A stretch of DNA of 64,000 nt, from NCBI GenBank assembly GCA_040397425.1, contig JBBAWA010000001.1, positions 12,696-76,695 on the forward strand, read 5' to 3'. The translations under genes and the position numbers were made by a program. The DNA is from Candidatus Methylacidiphilales bacterium. Its GTDB lineage: Bacteria; Verrucomicrobiota; Verrucomicrobiia; Methylacidiphilales; Verrucolacustridaceae. Of this stretch, positions 24,795 through 35,253 are shown in pieces. Under the pieces are notes generated by a model. It saw only the letters and a program-made list of their open reading frames with translations, had not been told where the DNA came from and searched no databases. The stretch's first letter is position 1, and each line of letters starts with the position of its first letter.

Positions 24795-27700
24795 GTGCCT
24801 AACGCGGCATACGAAATTTTATTCGCTACCAATGCCCAAAAGGTAGAGCGGGAGATTAAAAGCCTGCATCGGCAAGTTGGAATGCCGATCATTCCGACTG
24901 TTGACCTTTCGGAACTCAAGGCGCTCAATGCTGAGCTTGATCTAAAGCAACGTCACCTTCGCCAGACCATTGCGTATTTCAAGCAGAACCGGATCAAGGC
25001 GAGCATGGATTTGTCCATGCCTGCTCTTACGCCAGCGGCGCTACAGAAAGCGCTGCCGTCTGCTGAAATCAAGAAAGTCGCTCAGCAACAAGCCAAGCAA
25101 CTTCAGGACGCCTTTCGATCTGTTGGTAGGCAATCAGCAGTTATTGATGTTGAAATTAAAGACTTAAGCCCTGCGAGTATTGAGGTCGTCAGGAAAAGGC
25201 TCGTCCAGTTAACTCAGCTTACAAAGCGGCGGAGGACGGAGCTTGAGCAAATGGCCGCTGTTGCGCAAGAAAAAGGGATTGCCCTTCCAAGCCTGCAAGG
25301 TGTTGCAAAGCCAACAATTAAGCAATTCCAACAAGCCTTGACGCAAGGCTTCCAGGAAGCGGGAGATGATGCGCTTATTGGTTTTGTCAATAGCTTGGCT
25401 GCGGGGAATACAAAGTCGGGAAAGGCAGCGGCAGGTCTTGGCGCGGCAGTGCTGCGAGAGCTTAAACAAGTTCTCAGGATTCAATCACCGTCAAAAGAGA
25501 CAGAAGAGGATGGGCGGAATGTCGTTGACGGACTGACCCTGGGTATCAGCAGGCAGGCCGACAAAGCAGTTCAAGCGGCCCGTAACTTAGCCAAAGAAGT
25601 GGCTGCGGCTATGGACCCAGCCAACATCCCGCAAGGCCCTCGGCGGCAGGCTGCTGCCGCAGCAATGCGCACACCGGATCTCTCTGGCTTGTGGTTCTCT
25701 CAACCTCCACCGCCGCGTCAGATCGCTGATCCATGGGCCGATGCTCCGCTTTCGAGAAGAGAGCGTGAAGCTCAAATGCGAGCACAATTAAAGGCTATTG
25801 GGATTGTGCATCTTGAGCAGAAAGTTCTTGATGACCTTGCTGCTTCCTACAATCGCGTAACCAATGCCAAGGCCAATACTGCTACGGCGGGTAATCAAGG
25901 AATTGCAGGGTTATTGCCTGCTGCTGGGCAATCTTCTGCGTTTCGGATGATTTCCGACGGCCTAGCGGGAACTTTCTTGCGGGCGCCAGACATTTCCAAG
26001 TTCAAGGCAGACGCCAAAAAGATTGAGGGAAGTAATCGCTCTTTACTTGAGTTGGGTGATCGTCTTGCCGCGACCACCATGCGGCCTGGGTATTACCGTC
26101 GCGCCATTCGCCAAGCTGGCATTGAAAACTTGCCAATCGACATCACAGGACTGGCGAATGAGCGATCCGAAAAGCCCGTAGAGGCGATGGTGAGGCGAAT
26201 CATTGGCCAAAAGGGCGAATTGGAGCGAGCGCTGGATCAAGCGTTTAAGTCGCCAGGGAAGGCGATTGCCAATAATGGGGCAAAGGCTGGAAAGGACTTT
26301 GCAGAAAAACTTGCCGATGGTATTAACAGTGGTGTTGCCAATGTCGTAGCGGCGGCAAGGAGACTTTCTGGCCGACTGAACACCGCAGCGGGGGGAAGTG
26401 GTGCTGGTGGTACTGGTGGTGGAACGGGCGGGCGCGGGGGAGGCGGCGGAGGGCAAGGCCCGCAAGGTCCAGGCGACAGCGATTTACCCTTCCTCCCTGG
26501 GCGCAGGTTGGGCGATGTGAGAGTGAGTGGCCGCAGGATTAAAGGCTTGTATAGCGAGCTACAGCAAATAGATCGACTAATTAACAAGACTCCCATTACA
26601 GACGATCTTTTCTCTGGGCTACAAGCTCGTGCCGGTGTTATCCAGGGCCAGATTGAACGTGCTCAAAACATTGGGCAGGTACAGCGACTGCAAACAAGCT
26701 CTAAGTTCTTTGAGGAAGGTTCACTTACTCGCGTTAATAAGGAACTTCAGGCATTGCAGATTGAGGCGTCCGAAATCAAGCCGAACACGAAAGAATGGAA
26801 TGAATATCAAAAACAAATTGCCGCATTGGGTCGTCACCTAGAAAAGACTGGAGAATCCGCACGACTTATCTCGCTGAATGAGCTTAGCAAGTCAGTTCCC
26901 CAGGCTTCTCTTACTGCATTAAGCAGCAAGCTAGAGGCATTACGGCTTCAAGTGAAAGACTTAGAACCCAATACTGAACCTTGGCGAAGAATACAAAATC
27001 AAGTCGATCAGACCACGCTGGCCTTGGAAAGGGCGAATAGAGCGGAACAGCGAAGCATGTTGATGGCGCGAGAGCAATCCGCCCCCAAAGGTTCAGTGGC
27101 GCAACTGCAAGCAAGAATTGCAAGGCGTCAAATGGCCTTGGAACGCCTCTCTCCAGACACGGCCAAGTATTCTGGCTTCTCCCGAAAAATCCAGCGGGAT
27201 GAATTGCGCATGGAACGCATCACCCGCAAGCCTCTCACCAAGGGAGAGAGGAGCGGCGCTGCGGCTGGCGCGGTACTGTACGGTGGTGGCCTTGCTGGAA
27301 GCCCACTGAGCGCTGTTGGCGGCCTTGTTGGCGGTCTTACTGGCGGCATTCCCGGTTCTTTTACTGGTGCCGCTATTGGCCAAACGGCTGATCAACTTGT
27401 CGTCGCTGCCAGTGCCTCTGCCACCTACGCGGCTTCGTTGTCTCGCCTCAGGATTGCCCTTGCTGGCGTCAGTGGCAGTATGGAAAACTACAAAGCCAAC
27501 CTCAAGGCCATCAATAGCATTAGCAATACGTTTGGCATGAGCCTTGACAAGGTGATTCTGCCTTATACCAAACTGCAAGCCTCTGTGTTGGCGGCAGGCT
27601 ATAGCGCGCAAACTACAAAAGAAATCTTTGAAGGCGTTACTGCCGCCTCCATTGCAACTGGCGGTAGTGCAGAAGACCTTGAAGGCTCCATGCGTGCCGT

Positions 27701-30605
27701 TACGCAGATCTTTGCAAAAGGCACCGTCCAAAGCGAAGAACTTGTCGGCCAGTTGTCGGAGCGCATTCCGGGTGCGTTTGCTTTGTTTGCAAAGTTCAAC
27801 AACATGAGTACGGCTTCGCTCAAGGAAGCATTAGAGCGAGGGCAAGTGGGGCTAGACAATTTCATCAAGTTCAACAAGGGACTACTTGAAACCTATGGGC
27901 GGTCGGCACGAGAAATTGCCAAAGGTCCTGAATACGCTGGGCAGCGTTTAGAGGCTGCCTTGAAAAGGCTCCAAGCCTCTGTTGGTGCAGCGCTTGCCCC
28001 GACTGGCGCCGCCTTTCAGGATTGGGCCGCTGGTGTTGTAGATGCCTTTGAGCGCGTCATCAAGAAAGCGCAAGAGTATAAACTGCTGAGCAGCCAACTT
28101 TCGCCCGGCGGCATTGTCGAAGAAATCTTGATAGGAAAGCGTACCAAGCAAAGCCTGCTTGATGACATCAAAAAGGAAAGGGCTCAACTTAAAGCAATGA
28201 AGGAAGAACTCAAGGCAACTACCCCTGGGCTTTCATACGGGCCTTTTGGTGTTATCAAGAGTCCCTACGACGTAAAGAAAAATGAAGTTACGGAAAAAGA
28301 GAAGCAACTTGCCAACCTGAGCGCAGCGGAAGCAATGTTAAGGCGCCAAGAGGAACTGACCAGGAATGAAGCAAAAGAACAGGTCATAGCGGCGGCTGAG
28401 GAGCGCAAAAAGCAGTTTGATTCTTTGGCTCAAAGCTATGGCGAATTGATGAGCCAAAGAGACAAGGATTTAGCGCAAACCAGAAAGGATCACGAAAACG
28501 ACTTGCAAGAATTGAGAAAGAATCATGCAAAAGAAATGCTTGATTTTGAAGACACGCTTGCGGAGGAGCGACGATCCACTGAGCTTGAAATTGCAAGAAC
28601 TCGTCGTAGTATTGAAAATGATGCCTATGACATTGCCGCGCAAGAGCAAATCTTACTGGCAAAAGCAAGAGGTGAAGATACCGCTGTCATGGAGAAAGAG
28701 CAAACTTTTAGGCAGCGAGTGCGTGCAGATAGGGAAGCGGTACTTCAACTAGAAGAAAATCAGATCACAAAGCAGGAAAACCGCCAAAAAGCTCTTGATA
28801 AGATGCGCAAGCAAAATGCCGAAGAACTTAATCAACGGGCGGAAGCACATGCAAAGCGAATTAAGAGCATAGGCGAAGAATACGCAAAAAACGTGTCCAA
28901 GTTTCTCACAAAAGCAGCCGTTGATAGTGGGCAAACACTAGAGAAAACCACCCAAAGGATTACGCTGCAACACATTATGTTGCTCATGGCCACGCAGCGG
29001 GTGCAGGGCGGCCTACATCCTTACAAAGACGCTAGTGGCAAAATTGCTGTCGAAATCCAGCGCCTACAGAATAAAATTGACGAATTAGGCGGCGACTTCA
29101 AGGCTTTTCGCTCGCCCGCCCCATCGGACACTTCACCCAAGCAACTGGGCCAAGGCGGCCCGGACATGCCTGACTGGGTAATAGCGCAGGCTCAAAACAA
29201 GCCAGTCCCTGAATCCTCAAAGTTGTACCCTGCTGACAACAGGCAATACACTCCGCATCCCTATGCTATTGCAGGGCGAGACGCCAGCGGAAGGCTAATC
29301 ATTGGCCCTAGGCCAGGCGCGACTCCTCCGACGCCAGGGATGGAGCAAACGAGGGCCACTGATGCGCAACAACTGCAAAATGAAAAAGAATCACGGACCA
29401 GTGCTCGCACGAAAGACCTGATGCAGAGGTATGATGACTTGCTGGAGCCGCTAGTGCAAGCCAAGAAAACGACTAGCGAGCAAAATGATCTTATTGATAT
29501 CCAAGCGGATCTTCTACATAGAGGTGTCAATCCAGCGCTGATTGAATCTCTATCTATTTCCATGCAGCAAGGCAGGCAAGTGAGAGAAGGGATTAGACAA
29601 GAGCAAGAAGGATATGCAAAAAAGTTGGCCAAGGGCGATCTTGACCAACAGCAATATGGAGAATTGATGCGGCTTGCAAGTGAACTGAATGAGACACTAA
29701 AAGAGACGCTGGCATTGTCCGATCAAGAAATAGCCAAAAACAAGCAAAACGGAGTTGCACTTAGGACTAATCTGGATATAGCCCAAAGAAGTGCATTGTT
29801 ACGAGCAGCGCCTGGCCTGCAAACAAAAACAGCGGAATTGATGCTGGAGGGCATGTGGGATTCCGGGAAAGCCTCAAGGTTCGCCAAGGTTTTAATGAGC
29901 CTAGAAGGGGATGAGCGCATTAAGGCTCAATTCACCAATCTTGGAGAAACACTTAATTCGACACTCGGAAATGCCATCGTGAATGTGACTGCAGATTGGG
30001 GTAATTTCTCTGGGGCGCTTCAAGACTCCGCAAAAACGTTACAGGATGCCTTCAAGCAACTTGCGAATGCAATCATTAACGAAATGACTCGCGCATTGGT
30101 CAACAAGGTTGTTGGGAGGCTTATGCAAGTTGCTGGTTTTGGGGCGCCATTGGTGGGCGGAGGTCTTCGTGGTGACACCGGCATTGACTTTTCGCAGTTC
30201 ATGCCTCGTGGCGACACTGGCATTGATCTGTCACAGTTTATGCCTGGTGGCGACACTGGCATTGATCTGTCACAGTTTATGCTTGGCAATCAAAAGGCTT
30301 TTAAGTTTGCCAATGGAGGAATTGTTACTGGCCCGACTCTTGGCCTTATTGGTGAGGGGCGCTACAACGAAGCCATCATTCCAATGCCCAACAATCGTGC
30401 AGTGCCAGTGGACTTAAAGGGAAGTGTCGGCGGCAATTATTCCACTTCCATTGCAGTCAATGTCAACAATTCTTCTACTGGTGCTACTGCCGAATCGCAA
30501 ATCACTGGCGATCAAGGCAATAAGCTCGCTGGAGTGCTGGATAAAGCCGTCAAGCAAGCTATCCTTAGTGAACAACGGCCTGGAGGACTCCTATATCGCC
30601 AATGA
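24795..30605 (+). CDS. Tape measure protein
   Basis: 1936 aa, helical; LRIQSPSK, QIFAKG.VQSEEL.GQL.ER.PGA, FANGGIV.GPT, GEG..EAIIP, EQRPGGLL. Confidence 0.95.
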   Translation: MPNAAYEILFATNAQKVEREIKSLHRQVGMPIIPTVDLSELKALNAELDLKQRHLRQTIAYFKQNRIKASMDLSMPALTPAALQKALPSAEIKKVAQQQAKQLQDAFRSVGRQSAVIDVEIKDLSPASIEVVRKRLVQLTQLTKRRRTELEQMAAVAQEKGIALPSLQGVAKPTIKQFQQALTQGFQEAGDDALIGFVNSLAAGNTKSGKAAAGLGAAVLRELKQVLRIQSPSKETEEDGRNVVDGLTLGISRQADKAVQAARNLAKEVAAAMDPANIPQGPRRQAAAAAMRTPDLSGLWFSQPPPPRQIADPWADAPLSRREREAQMRAQLKAIGIVHLEQKVLDDLAASYNRVTNAKANTATAGNQGIAGLLPAAGQSSAFRMISDGLAGTFLRAPDISKFKADAKKIEGSNRSLLELGDRLAATTMRPGYYRRAIRQAGIENLPIDITGLANERSEKPVEAMVRRIIGQKGELERALDQAFKSPGKAIANNGAKAGKDFAEKLADGINSGVANVVAAARRLSGRLNTAAGGSGAGGTGGGTGGRGGGGGGQGPQGPGDSDLPFLPGRRLGDVRVSGRRIKGLYSELQQIDRLINKTPITDDLFSGLQARAGVIQGQIERAQNIGQVQRLQTSSKFFEEGSLTRVNKELQALQIEASEIKPNTKEWNEYQKQIAALGRHLEKTGESARLISLNELSKSVPQASLTALSSKLEALRLQVKDLEPNTEPWRRIQNQVDQTTLALERANRAEQRSMLMAREQSAPKGSVAQLQARIARRQMALERLSPDTAKYSGFSRKIQRDELRMERITRKPLTKGERSGAAAGAVLYGGGLAGSPLSAVGGLVGGLTGGIPGSFTGAAIGQTADQLVVAASASATYAASLSRLRIALAGVSGSMENYKANLKAINSISNTFGMSLDKVILPYTKLQASVLAAGYSAQTTKEIFEGVTAASIATGGSAEDLEGSMRAVTQIFAKGTVQSEELVGQLSERIPGAFALFAKFNNMSTASLKEALERGQVGLDNFIKFNKGLLETYGRSAREIAKGPEYAGQRLEAALKRLQASVGAALAPTGAAFQDWAAGVVDAFERVIKKAQEYKLLSSQLSPGGIVEEILIGKRTKQSLLDDIKKERAQLKAMKEELKATTPGLSYGPFGVIKSPYDVKKNEVTEKEKQLANLSAAEAMLRRQEELTRNEAKEQVIAAAEERKKQFDSLAQSYGELMSQRDKDLAQTRKDHENDLQELRKNHAKEMLDFEDTLAEERRSTELEIARTRRSIENDAYDIAAQEQILLAKARGEDTAVMEKEQTFRQRVRADREAVLQLEENQITKQENRQKALDKMRKQNAEELNQRAEAHAKRIKSIGEEYAKNVSKFLTKAAVDSGQTLEKTTQRITLQHIMLLMATQRVQGGLHPYKDASGKIAVEIQRLQNKIDELGGDFKAFRSPAPSDTSPKQLGQGGPDMPDWVIAQAQNKPVPESSKLYPADNRQYTPHPYAIAGRDASGRLIIGPRPGATPPTPGMEQTRATDAQQLQNEKESRTSARTKDLMQRYDDLLEPLVQAKKTTSEQNDLIDIQADLLHRGVNPALIESLSISMQQGRQVREGIRQEQEGYAKKLAKGDLDQQQYGELMRLASELNETLKETLALSDQEIAKNKQNGVALRTNLDIAQRSALLRAAPGLQTKTAELMLEGMWDSGKASRFAKVLMSLEGDERIKAQFTNLGETLNSTLGNAIVNVTADWGNFSGALQDSAKTLQDAFKQLANAIINEMTRALVNKVVGRLMQVAGFGAPLVGGGLRGDTGIDFSQFMPRGDTGIDLSQFMPGGDTGIDLSQFMLGNQKAFKFANGGIVTGPTLGLIGEGRYNEAIIPMPNNRAVPVDLKGSVGGNYSTSIAVNVNNSSTGATAESQITGDQGNKLAGVLDKAVKQAILSEQRPGGLLYRQ
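30171..30287 (+). repeat. Three 39-bp tandem repeats in the tape measure gene (GDTGID[FL]SQFM)
   Basis: Units start at 30171, 30210 and 30249; units 2 and 3 are nearly identical. Confidence 0.9.
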
Positions 30606-31303
30606 CGCTTGCTCCTAGTGGCATCATCAACGAAGCACGGAGTCTTGTTGAGGACACCCGCCTAGACCTTTTCATTATTGATGGATCTGCCGTGTTCCCT
30701 GGCGCCGGTCCCGCTATTCAGTATCTTGTCAGCCCTGAGCAATCTGGCGGCCAGACCATTGAATACGTGGACGATGGCGGCACACTTCGCACTTACCTTC
30801 CCGTGCCAATTTCTGCCACTGGCTTTGAGCTAACTGGCAGTAACCGCCTCCCGTCTCCATCGCTTACGATTGCCAATGTTGACCGCGCTTTTACCATTCT
30901 TTCGGAAAGCTACGATGACTTGCTTGGATTTCGCTTTGTGCGGCTTTCTACTTACGCCAAGTTTGTCCGTCGCATTGGTGGCGGAGCAGTACAGGGTTCC
31001 TATGATGCGAGTGCGCATCATGCGCCAGACGAATGGTACATCAATCGCAAAGCAGAAGAAACCAAATTGGCAATTACGTGGGAATTAGCCTCTGTGTTCG
31101 ACAATGAGGGGATAACTATTCCGCGACGACGCATCTATGCCAATTATTGCCCATTCGTTTATCGCGGTCCAGAGTGCCAATGGGCGGGAGCAGAGCCTGG
31201 CGGGGAATCAACCTGCAATAAGAGCTTAGAAGCGTGCGAGCGTAGGTTTGGAAATGCTGGGCTACGATTGCGGTTTGGGGGATTCCCTACGGCACAGGTT
31301 TGA
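30602..31303 (+). CDS. Minor tail protein L (lambda gpL-like)
   Basis: PI.ATGFE, P.P.LTIAN, PRR.I.ANYCP..YRG.EC, C.K....C..RF, FGGFP. Confidence 0.92.
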   Translation: MTLAPSGIINEARSLVEDTRLDLFIIDGSAVFPGAGPAIQYLVSPEQSGGQTIEYVDDGGTLRTYLPVPISATGFELTGSNRLPSPSLTIANVDRAFTILSESYDDLLGFRFVRLSTYAKFVRRIGGGAVQGSYDASAHHAPDEWYINRKAEETKLAITWELASVFDNEGITIPRRRIYANYCPFVYRGPECQWAGAEPGGESTCNKSLEACERRFGNAGLRLRFGGFPTAQV

Positions 31304-31305
31304 CC

Positions 31306-31650
31306 ATGGAGATTACACCGACCATGCTTAAGGCCATTGCAGCACATGGTCAAGAGGATGCACCAAATGAGGCGTGTGGCGTGTTAGCGAATGAAATGGC
31401 TATCCCATGTATCAACACTTCTCCATGGCCAACCAAGCGCTTTGAGATGAATCCAACGGTTTGGCTTGATTATGACGTGGAGGGTTTTTATCACAGCCAT
31501 CCAGAAGGAGAGCAAGGCTTTAGTGAGCAGGATTTGCAAATGGCCAAGTTCCTTGGCATTCCCTCCATCGTCTACATCGTTACCACTGATACAGTGGAGA
31601 TACTTAGTGAAGACGGCAGTTTTTCACGAATTGAGAGAATCAGCCAATAA
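31306..31650 (+). CDS. JAB/MPN domain protein (gpK N-terminal domain only)
   Basis: PNEACG, YHSHP, FSEQD; no NlpC/P60 domain. Confidence 0.85.
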   Translation: MEITPTMLKAIAAHGQEDAPNEACGVLANEMAIPCINTSPWPTKRFEMNPTVWLDYDVEGFYHSHPEGEQGFSEQDLQMAKFLGIPSIVYIVTTDTVEILSEDGSFSRIERISQ

Positions 31651-34211
31651 TGAAAATTGTTCTAAAGGGCATTGCTGGCGAACGGTTTGGGGCGGAGCAT
31701 AGCCTGAATGTACGCACACCGCAAGAAGCGTTGCAAGCCCTGTCAATTCTGGTGCCAGGATTTCGTAATTTCTTAACAGTAAGCCATGAACATGGCATCT
31801 ACTGGAAAGTATTGACAAACCATTGGGAGCAAGGCATTGAATATGGCCAACTGACCATGCAATGCGGCGAAATGGTGCTGGTGCCCGTCATTAGTGGTGC
31901 AGCACCTGGAGGCTTCTTTGGTAGCAGCCTAGGGCGGATTCTGATTGGCGCAGCGCTCGTGGCCACGTCATTCCTGCTGGCCCCTGCGGCGGCTGGTACG
32001 GCTGCCACGTTAATCAAGAACGGCCTATTCACGTTGGGTGGCTCTATGGTCCTCGGAGGCATTGTGCAAGCCCTCACGCCTGGAGTGCCGCAGCGCGATA
32101 CCAGTAGCTCTGGAGAGCGCAAGGACACAAATGCAGTTGTGTTTGATCGTGCTGCTGATACCACGTCTCAAGGCGTGCCAATCCCCGTGCTTTATGGAAG
32201 GTACTTAGTGAGGAGTGCGCCCGTATTATCCTCTTATGTTTCGGATGACAATAAGGGCTATTGGCTGGGGCTGGTATCAGAAGGGCCAATCAAAGGCTTT
32301 GTTGGTGTTGGCCCCATCGCAGACAATGTTTATGTTAATGGCGCCAGATTTTCTGGCTTTGCTGGCTACAACGCGCAGTTTGTTGACGGCAATCAATCTT
32401 CCAGTGGTGATTACATTACGCTGGTCAAAAGTGCTGGCTTCCACATTCCAGTGCAGCAAGACTTTGTGGCGGGCAATTATGCACCAACTGTTCGCAGTTT
32501 CACTCAAAAATACGCAGATCGAATCAGGCTTAGATTTCGCTATGGTCCGGTGTATGCACAAGTTACGCGAACCACTGGTATTAACACCAACAATGATGTT
32601 GTAACCAAGATTTCCTACTTGCCGGTCAATGGCAGTAGCGACATCACATGGACTCCTATTGGATGGAATGTCAAGTTACTGGCAAATGGTGTGCCATTTA
32701 GGGATGATAACTATTACGAAGCCGGGCCAGCCTTGGCCACCAAGATTCGCAACATTTCGTATGATTGCACGGGACGGGACATGCCAATCTCATTGTCAGT
32801 GCAGCGCATTGACACTCCAATTCCCGAAGGACAGGAAACTAGCATCACCACTGGCAAGACCAGTAGCACTCAAGTCAACTTGACCAAAGGAGATTTTCAA
32901 TGGGTGAGTGCTGATGTGGAATGGGATGAAAGACTGCTGTATCCCACGTCCGCATTGTTGGCACTGGAGTTCAACACAACGGACTTTACCAGTATTCCGC
33001 AAATTGGCATCTTGGCCGAAGGGCGCATTGTTCCCACCATTGATTCCTCTCTCAACGTTTCATACGAATACAGCAATAATCCGGCCTATGTGCTGCTGGA
33101 CATGCTCACTAATCCTCGCTTCGGCCTTGGTGGAAGGTCTTATACACTTGCTGGCACTGGAACAGTGGTGAATCAGCCTGGCATCAAAATAAATAACGTG
33201 AGCTTGGCTGCATTCAAGAAAGCCGCTGACTACTGCGACCGGAATAACGTACGTTTCAATGCCTATCTAGACAGTGATGCTGATTCCTATGAAGTGGTAC
33301 AGAATGTTGCGTCAATGTTTCAAGCACAGGCTTTCTATGCTGGCAATTCCATTTTTCCGACCGTTGACGATGTGGTCAATGATGAAGACTTTAGGCTGTT
33401 TTCTGAGGCCAATGTCCTACAGGAGGAGAGCGATGGTGAAATCACAACTCCAGCGTTCCGCTATGAAGGCACTGCAAGAGCGGCGCGGCAAACTGCCGTG
33501 CAAGTTAGCTACAACGATGAGCGCGACTTTTTTGCCGAAAAGAAAGTATTGGTGGAGGATCGTGAAGCTATTGCCCGCTATGGCTATCGCCTAACCGAAA
33601 TCCGGGCATTTGGAGCCACCACAATTCAACAAGCTGAACGAGCGGGGAGGTATTTTCTGGCCACCAATTTAGCCAATGGTGAAACCGTATCGTTTTCGCT
33701 GTCCAGTGAAGGCGCTTTGCTTTTGCCTGGCGACCCCATTTTGATTGCCGATCCATTGAAGCATGGTTCTCGTCTTGGAGGGCGAATTATTAGCGCCACG
33801 GCATCTTCAATCGTCATTGATGGCGACTTGCCAGGTGGACTTACGGGCTATAACCTTTGGACCTATGGCAGCACTGGCGTAGCACAGCGCGTACCTGTTG
33901 CGTCAATCGTTGACCGTACGATCACTACCACCCAGCCCTTTCCATTGCTCCCTACCCCGCAGCAGAATTGGCTCATTGCTCGTGATCGTTCTGACGCAAT
34001 GTTCAGGGCATACAAGGTGCAATCCGTTAAGGAAGGCGCCGGCAGGTCCTATGACGTGGTGGCAATCCGATACGATGAGGCTAAGTTTGATTATGTGAAC
34101 AATGGGCAAGGCAGTCCAGCATCGGCGCAACGCGCTGCTTTGCGTCGCCACGATACGGACAACCTTGCGATAGCAGCAAGCGACATTAGCTTTACGATCA
34201 AAGCACAATGA
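31650..34211 (+). CDS. Fused tail assembly protein I and tip protein J
   Basis: gpI-like N-terminus (G.AGERFG...EALQAL, QGVPIPVLYG), then VSEGPI.G, YP..AL, SNNPA..LLD.LTNPRFGLG, PGD.I.IADP. Confidence 0.9.
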   Translation: MKIVLKGIAGERFGAEHSLNVRTPQEALQALSILVPGFRNFLTVSHEHGIYWKVLTNHWEQGIEYGQLTMQCGEMVLVPVISGAAPGGFFGSSLGRILIGAALVATSFLLAPAAAGTAATLIKNGLFTLGGSMVLGGIVQALTPGVPQRDTSSSGERKDTNAVVFDRAADTTSQGVPIPVLYGRYLVRSAPVLSSYVSDDNKGYWLGLVSEGPIKGFVGVGPIADNVYVNGARFSGFAGYNAQFVDGNQSSSGDYITLVKSAGFHIPVQQDFVAGNYAPTVRSFTQKYADRIRLRFRYGPVYAQVTRTTGINTNNDVVTKISYLPVNGSSDITWTPIGWNVKLLANGVPFRDDNYYEAGPALATKIRNISYDCTGRDMPISLSVQRIDTPIPEGQETSITTGKTSSTQVNLTKGDFQWVSADVEWDERLLYPTSALLALEFNTTDFTSIPQIGILAEGRIVPTIDSSLNVSYEYSNNPAYVLLDMLTNPRFGLGGRSYTLAGTGTVVNQPGIKINNVSLAAFKKAADYCDRNNVRFNAYLDSDADSYEVVQNVASMFQAQAFYAGNSIFPTVDDVVNDEDFRLFSEANVLQEESDGEITTPAFRYEGTARAARQTAVQVSYNDERDFFAEKKVLVEDREAIARYGYRLTEIRAFGATTIQQAERAGRYFLATNLANGETVSFSLSSEGALLLPGDPILIADPLKHGSRLGGRIISATASSIVIDGDLPGGLTGYNLWTYGSTGVAQRVPVASIVDRTITTTQPFPLLPTPQQNWLIARDRSDAMFRAYKVQSVKEGAGRSYDVVAIRYDEAKFDYVNNGQGSPASAQRAALRRHDTDNLAIAASDISFTIKAQ

Positions 34212-34558
34212 AAACCGTCACGATCACTTGGCAGCCTCCATCGTTCCTGCCCTACACGGTCCTGTCCAATGTCATGCCTGGCGCAGTGTGGGCTGCAAGC
34301 ACTGCAGATCCCAGGATTGGTAGTTACATTGTTGAACGTCGCTATCGACTGAGTGATGATTTTGAGCGAGTAGGCGAGGTGACAAGTCCTTCTATCGACA
34401 TCTCATTAGAAGACGCCTACGAATTGCAGGTAAGGGTGCAGACCGTGTTGGTGAATGGAGATAAAACCAGTTTTGCAACGACTGGCTTGCGGCCTATCAT
34501 GGGAATGGAGGCTTTGTTTAAGGAGCCTACCAACGTCTTTCTATTGGCCATTGTCTAA
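34208..34558 (+). CDS. Fibronectin type III-like tail protein
   Basis: VTITWQPP...YIVE...YELQVRV; ATGA-coupled to J. Confidence 0.65.
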   Translation: MKTVTITWQPPSFLPYTVLSNVMPGAVWAASTADPRIGSYIVERRYRLSDDFERVGEVTSPSIDISLEDAYELQVRVQTVLVNGDKTSFATTGLRPIMGMEALFKEPTNVFLLAIV

Positions 34559-35220
34559 TGACTGCTGTTCTTTCACTGGGCGTGGAATATGGCCTGACCG
34601 TAAGGAAGGAATATCAAGCACGTGTTTTTACGATTGCGCAATCGTCTGGCACCACTCCGGCAGAAGTGTTCAAGGAGGGACGGCAATACGAAATCAAAAC
34701 CGTGCCAATTCCTGATGCGGCAGCAGTCAAGTTGGATGAGCAACTGGCGGCGTTGAATGGCGGGCTGTTCGTATCCCAATTTTTCATGGACGAAGTGCCG
34801 TATTACTACCGCCTTGATCCTGATGAATGGTCGTGGCAAACGATTGGACCGAATGCAAACATTGTCTCTTTCGCCGCAAAACGATATTTTCCTGAAGCCT
34901 ACGAAGTGACAGTACAAGGTAGCGCTACGCTGAGGATAAGGCGTGCCGGTTTCGGGGATGGCTACGAACAAATCAGTGGTGATGGCATCAATCCGAGAGG
35001 GCAGGCTTATGAGATTACTACTGTCCCACTAATTGAAAGCCATGCTCAAGCCCTTGATGCTGCACTGTCCAGTCTTAATGGCTCTTATTTCTGGAGCCGG
35101 ATTGGCAGCGACACTCAGCCTTGCAAATACCGTCTTGATCCTTTCTCCTGGAATACCAGCTATGAAGGCCCCAATCGCACCAGTTTTACTTTTAAGGTGA
35201 AGCGAGCTTTTGACCCATAG
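34558..35220 (+). CDS. Minor tail protein M-like (Dit) with two tandem domains
   Basis: FGDGYEQ..GDGINP; both halves contain YEI.TVP...LD..L..LNG..F.S...YRLDP..W. Confidence 0.8.
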   Translation: MTAVLSLGVEYGLTVRKEYQARVFTIAQSSGTTPAEVFKEGRQYEIKTVPIPDAAAVKLDEQLAALNGGLFVSQFFMDEVPYYYRLDPDEWSWQTIGPNANIVSFAAKRYFPEAYEVTVQGSATLRIRRAGFGDGYEQISGDGINPRGQAYEITTVPLIESHAQALDAALSSLNGSYFWSRIGSDTQPCKYRLDPFSWNTSYEGPNRTSFTFKVKRAFDP

Positions 35221-35253
35221 GCTTGTTACAATCAGCATTGACAGTGAAAGATT

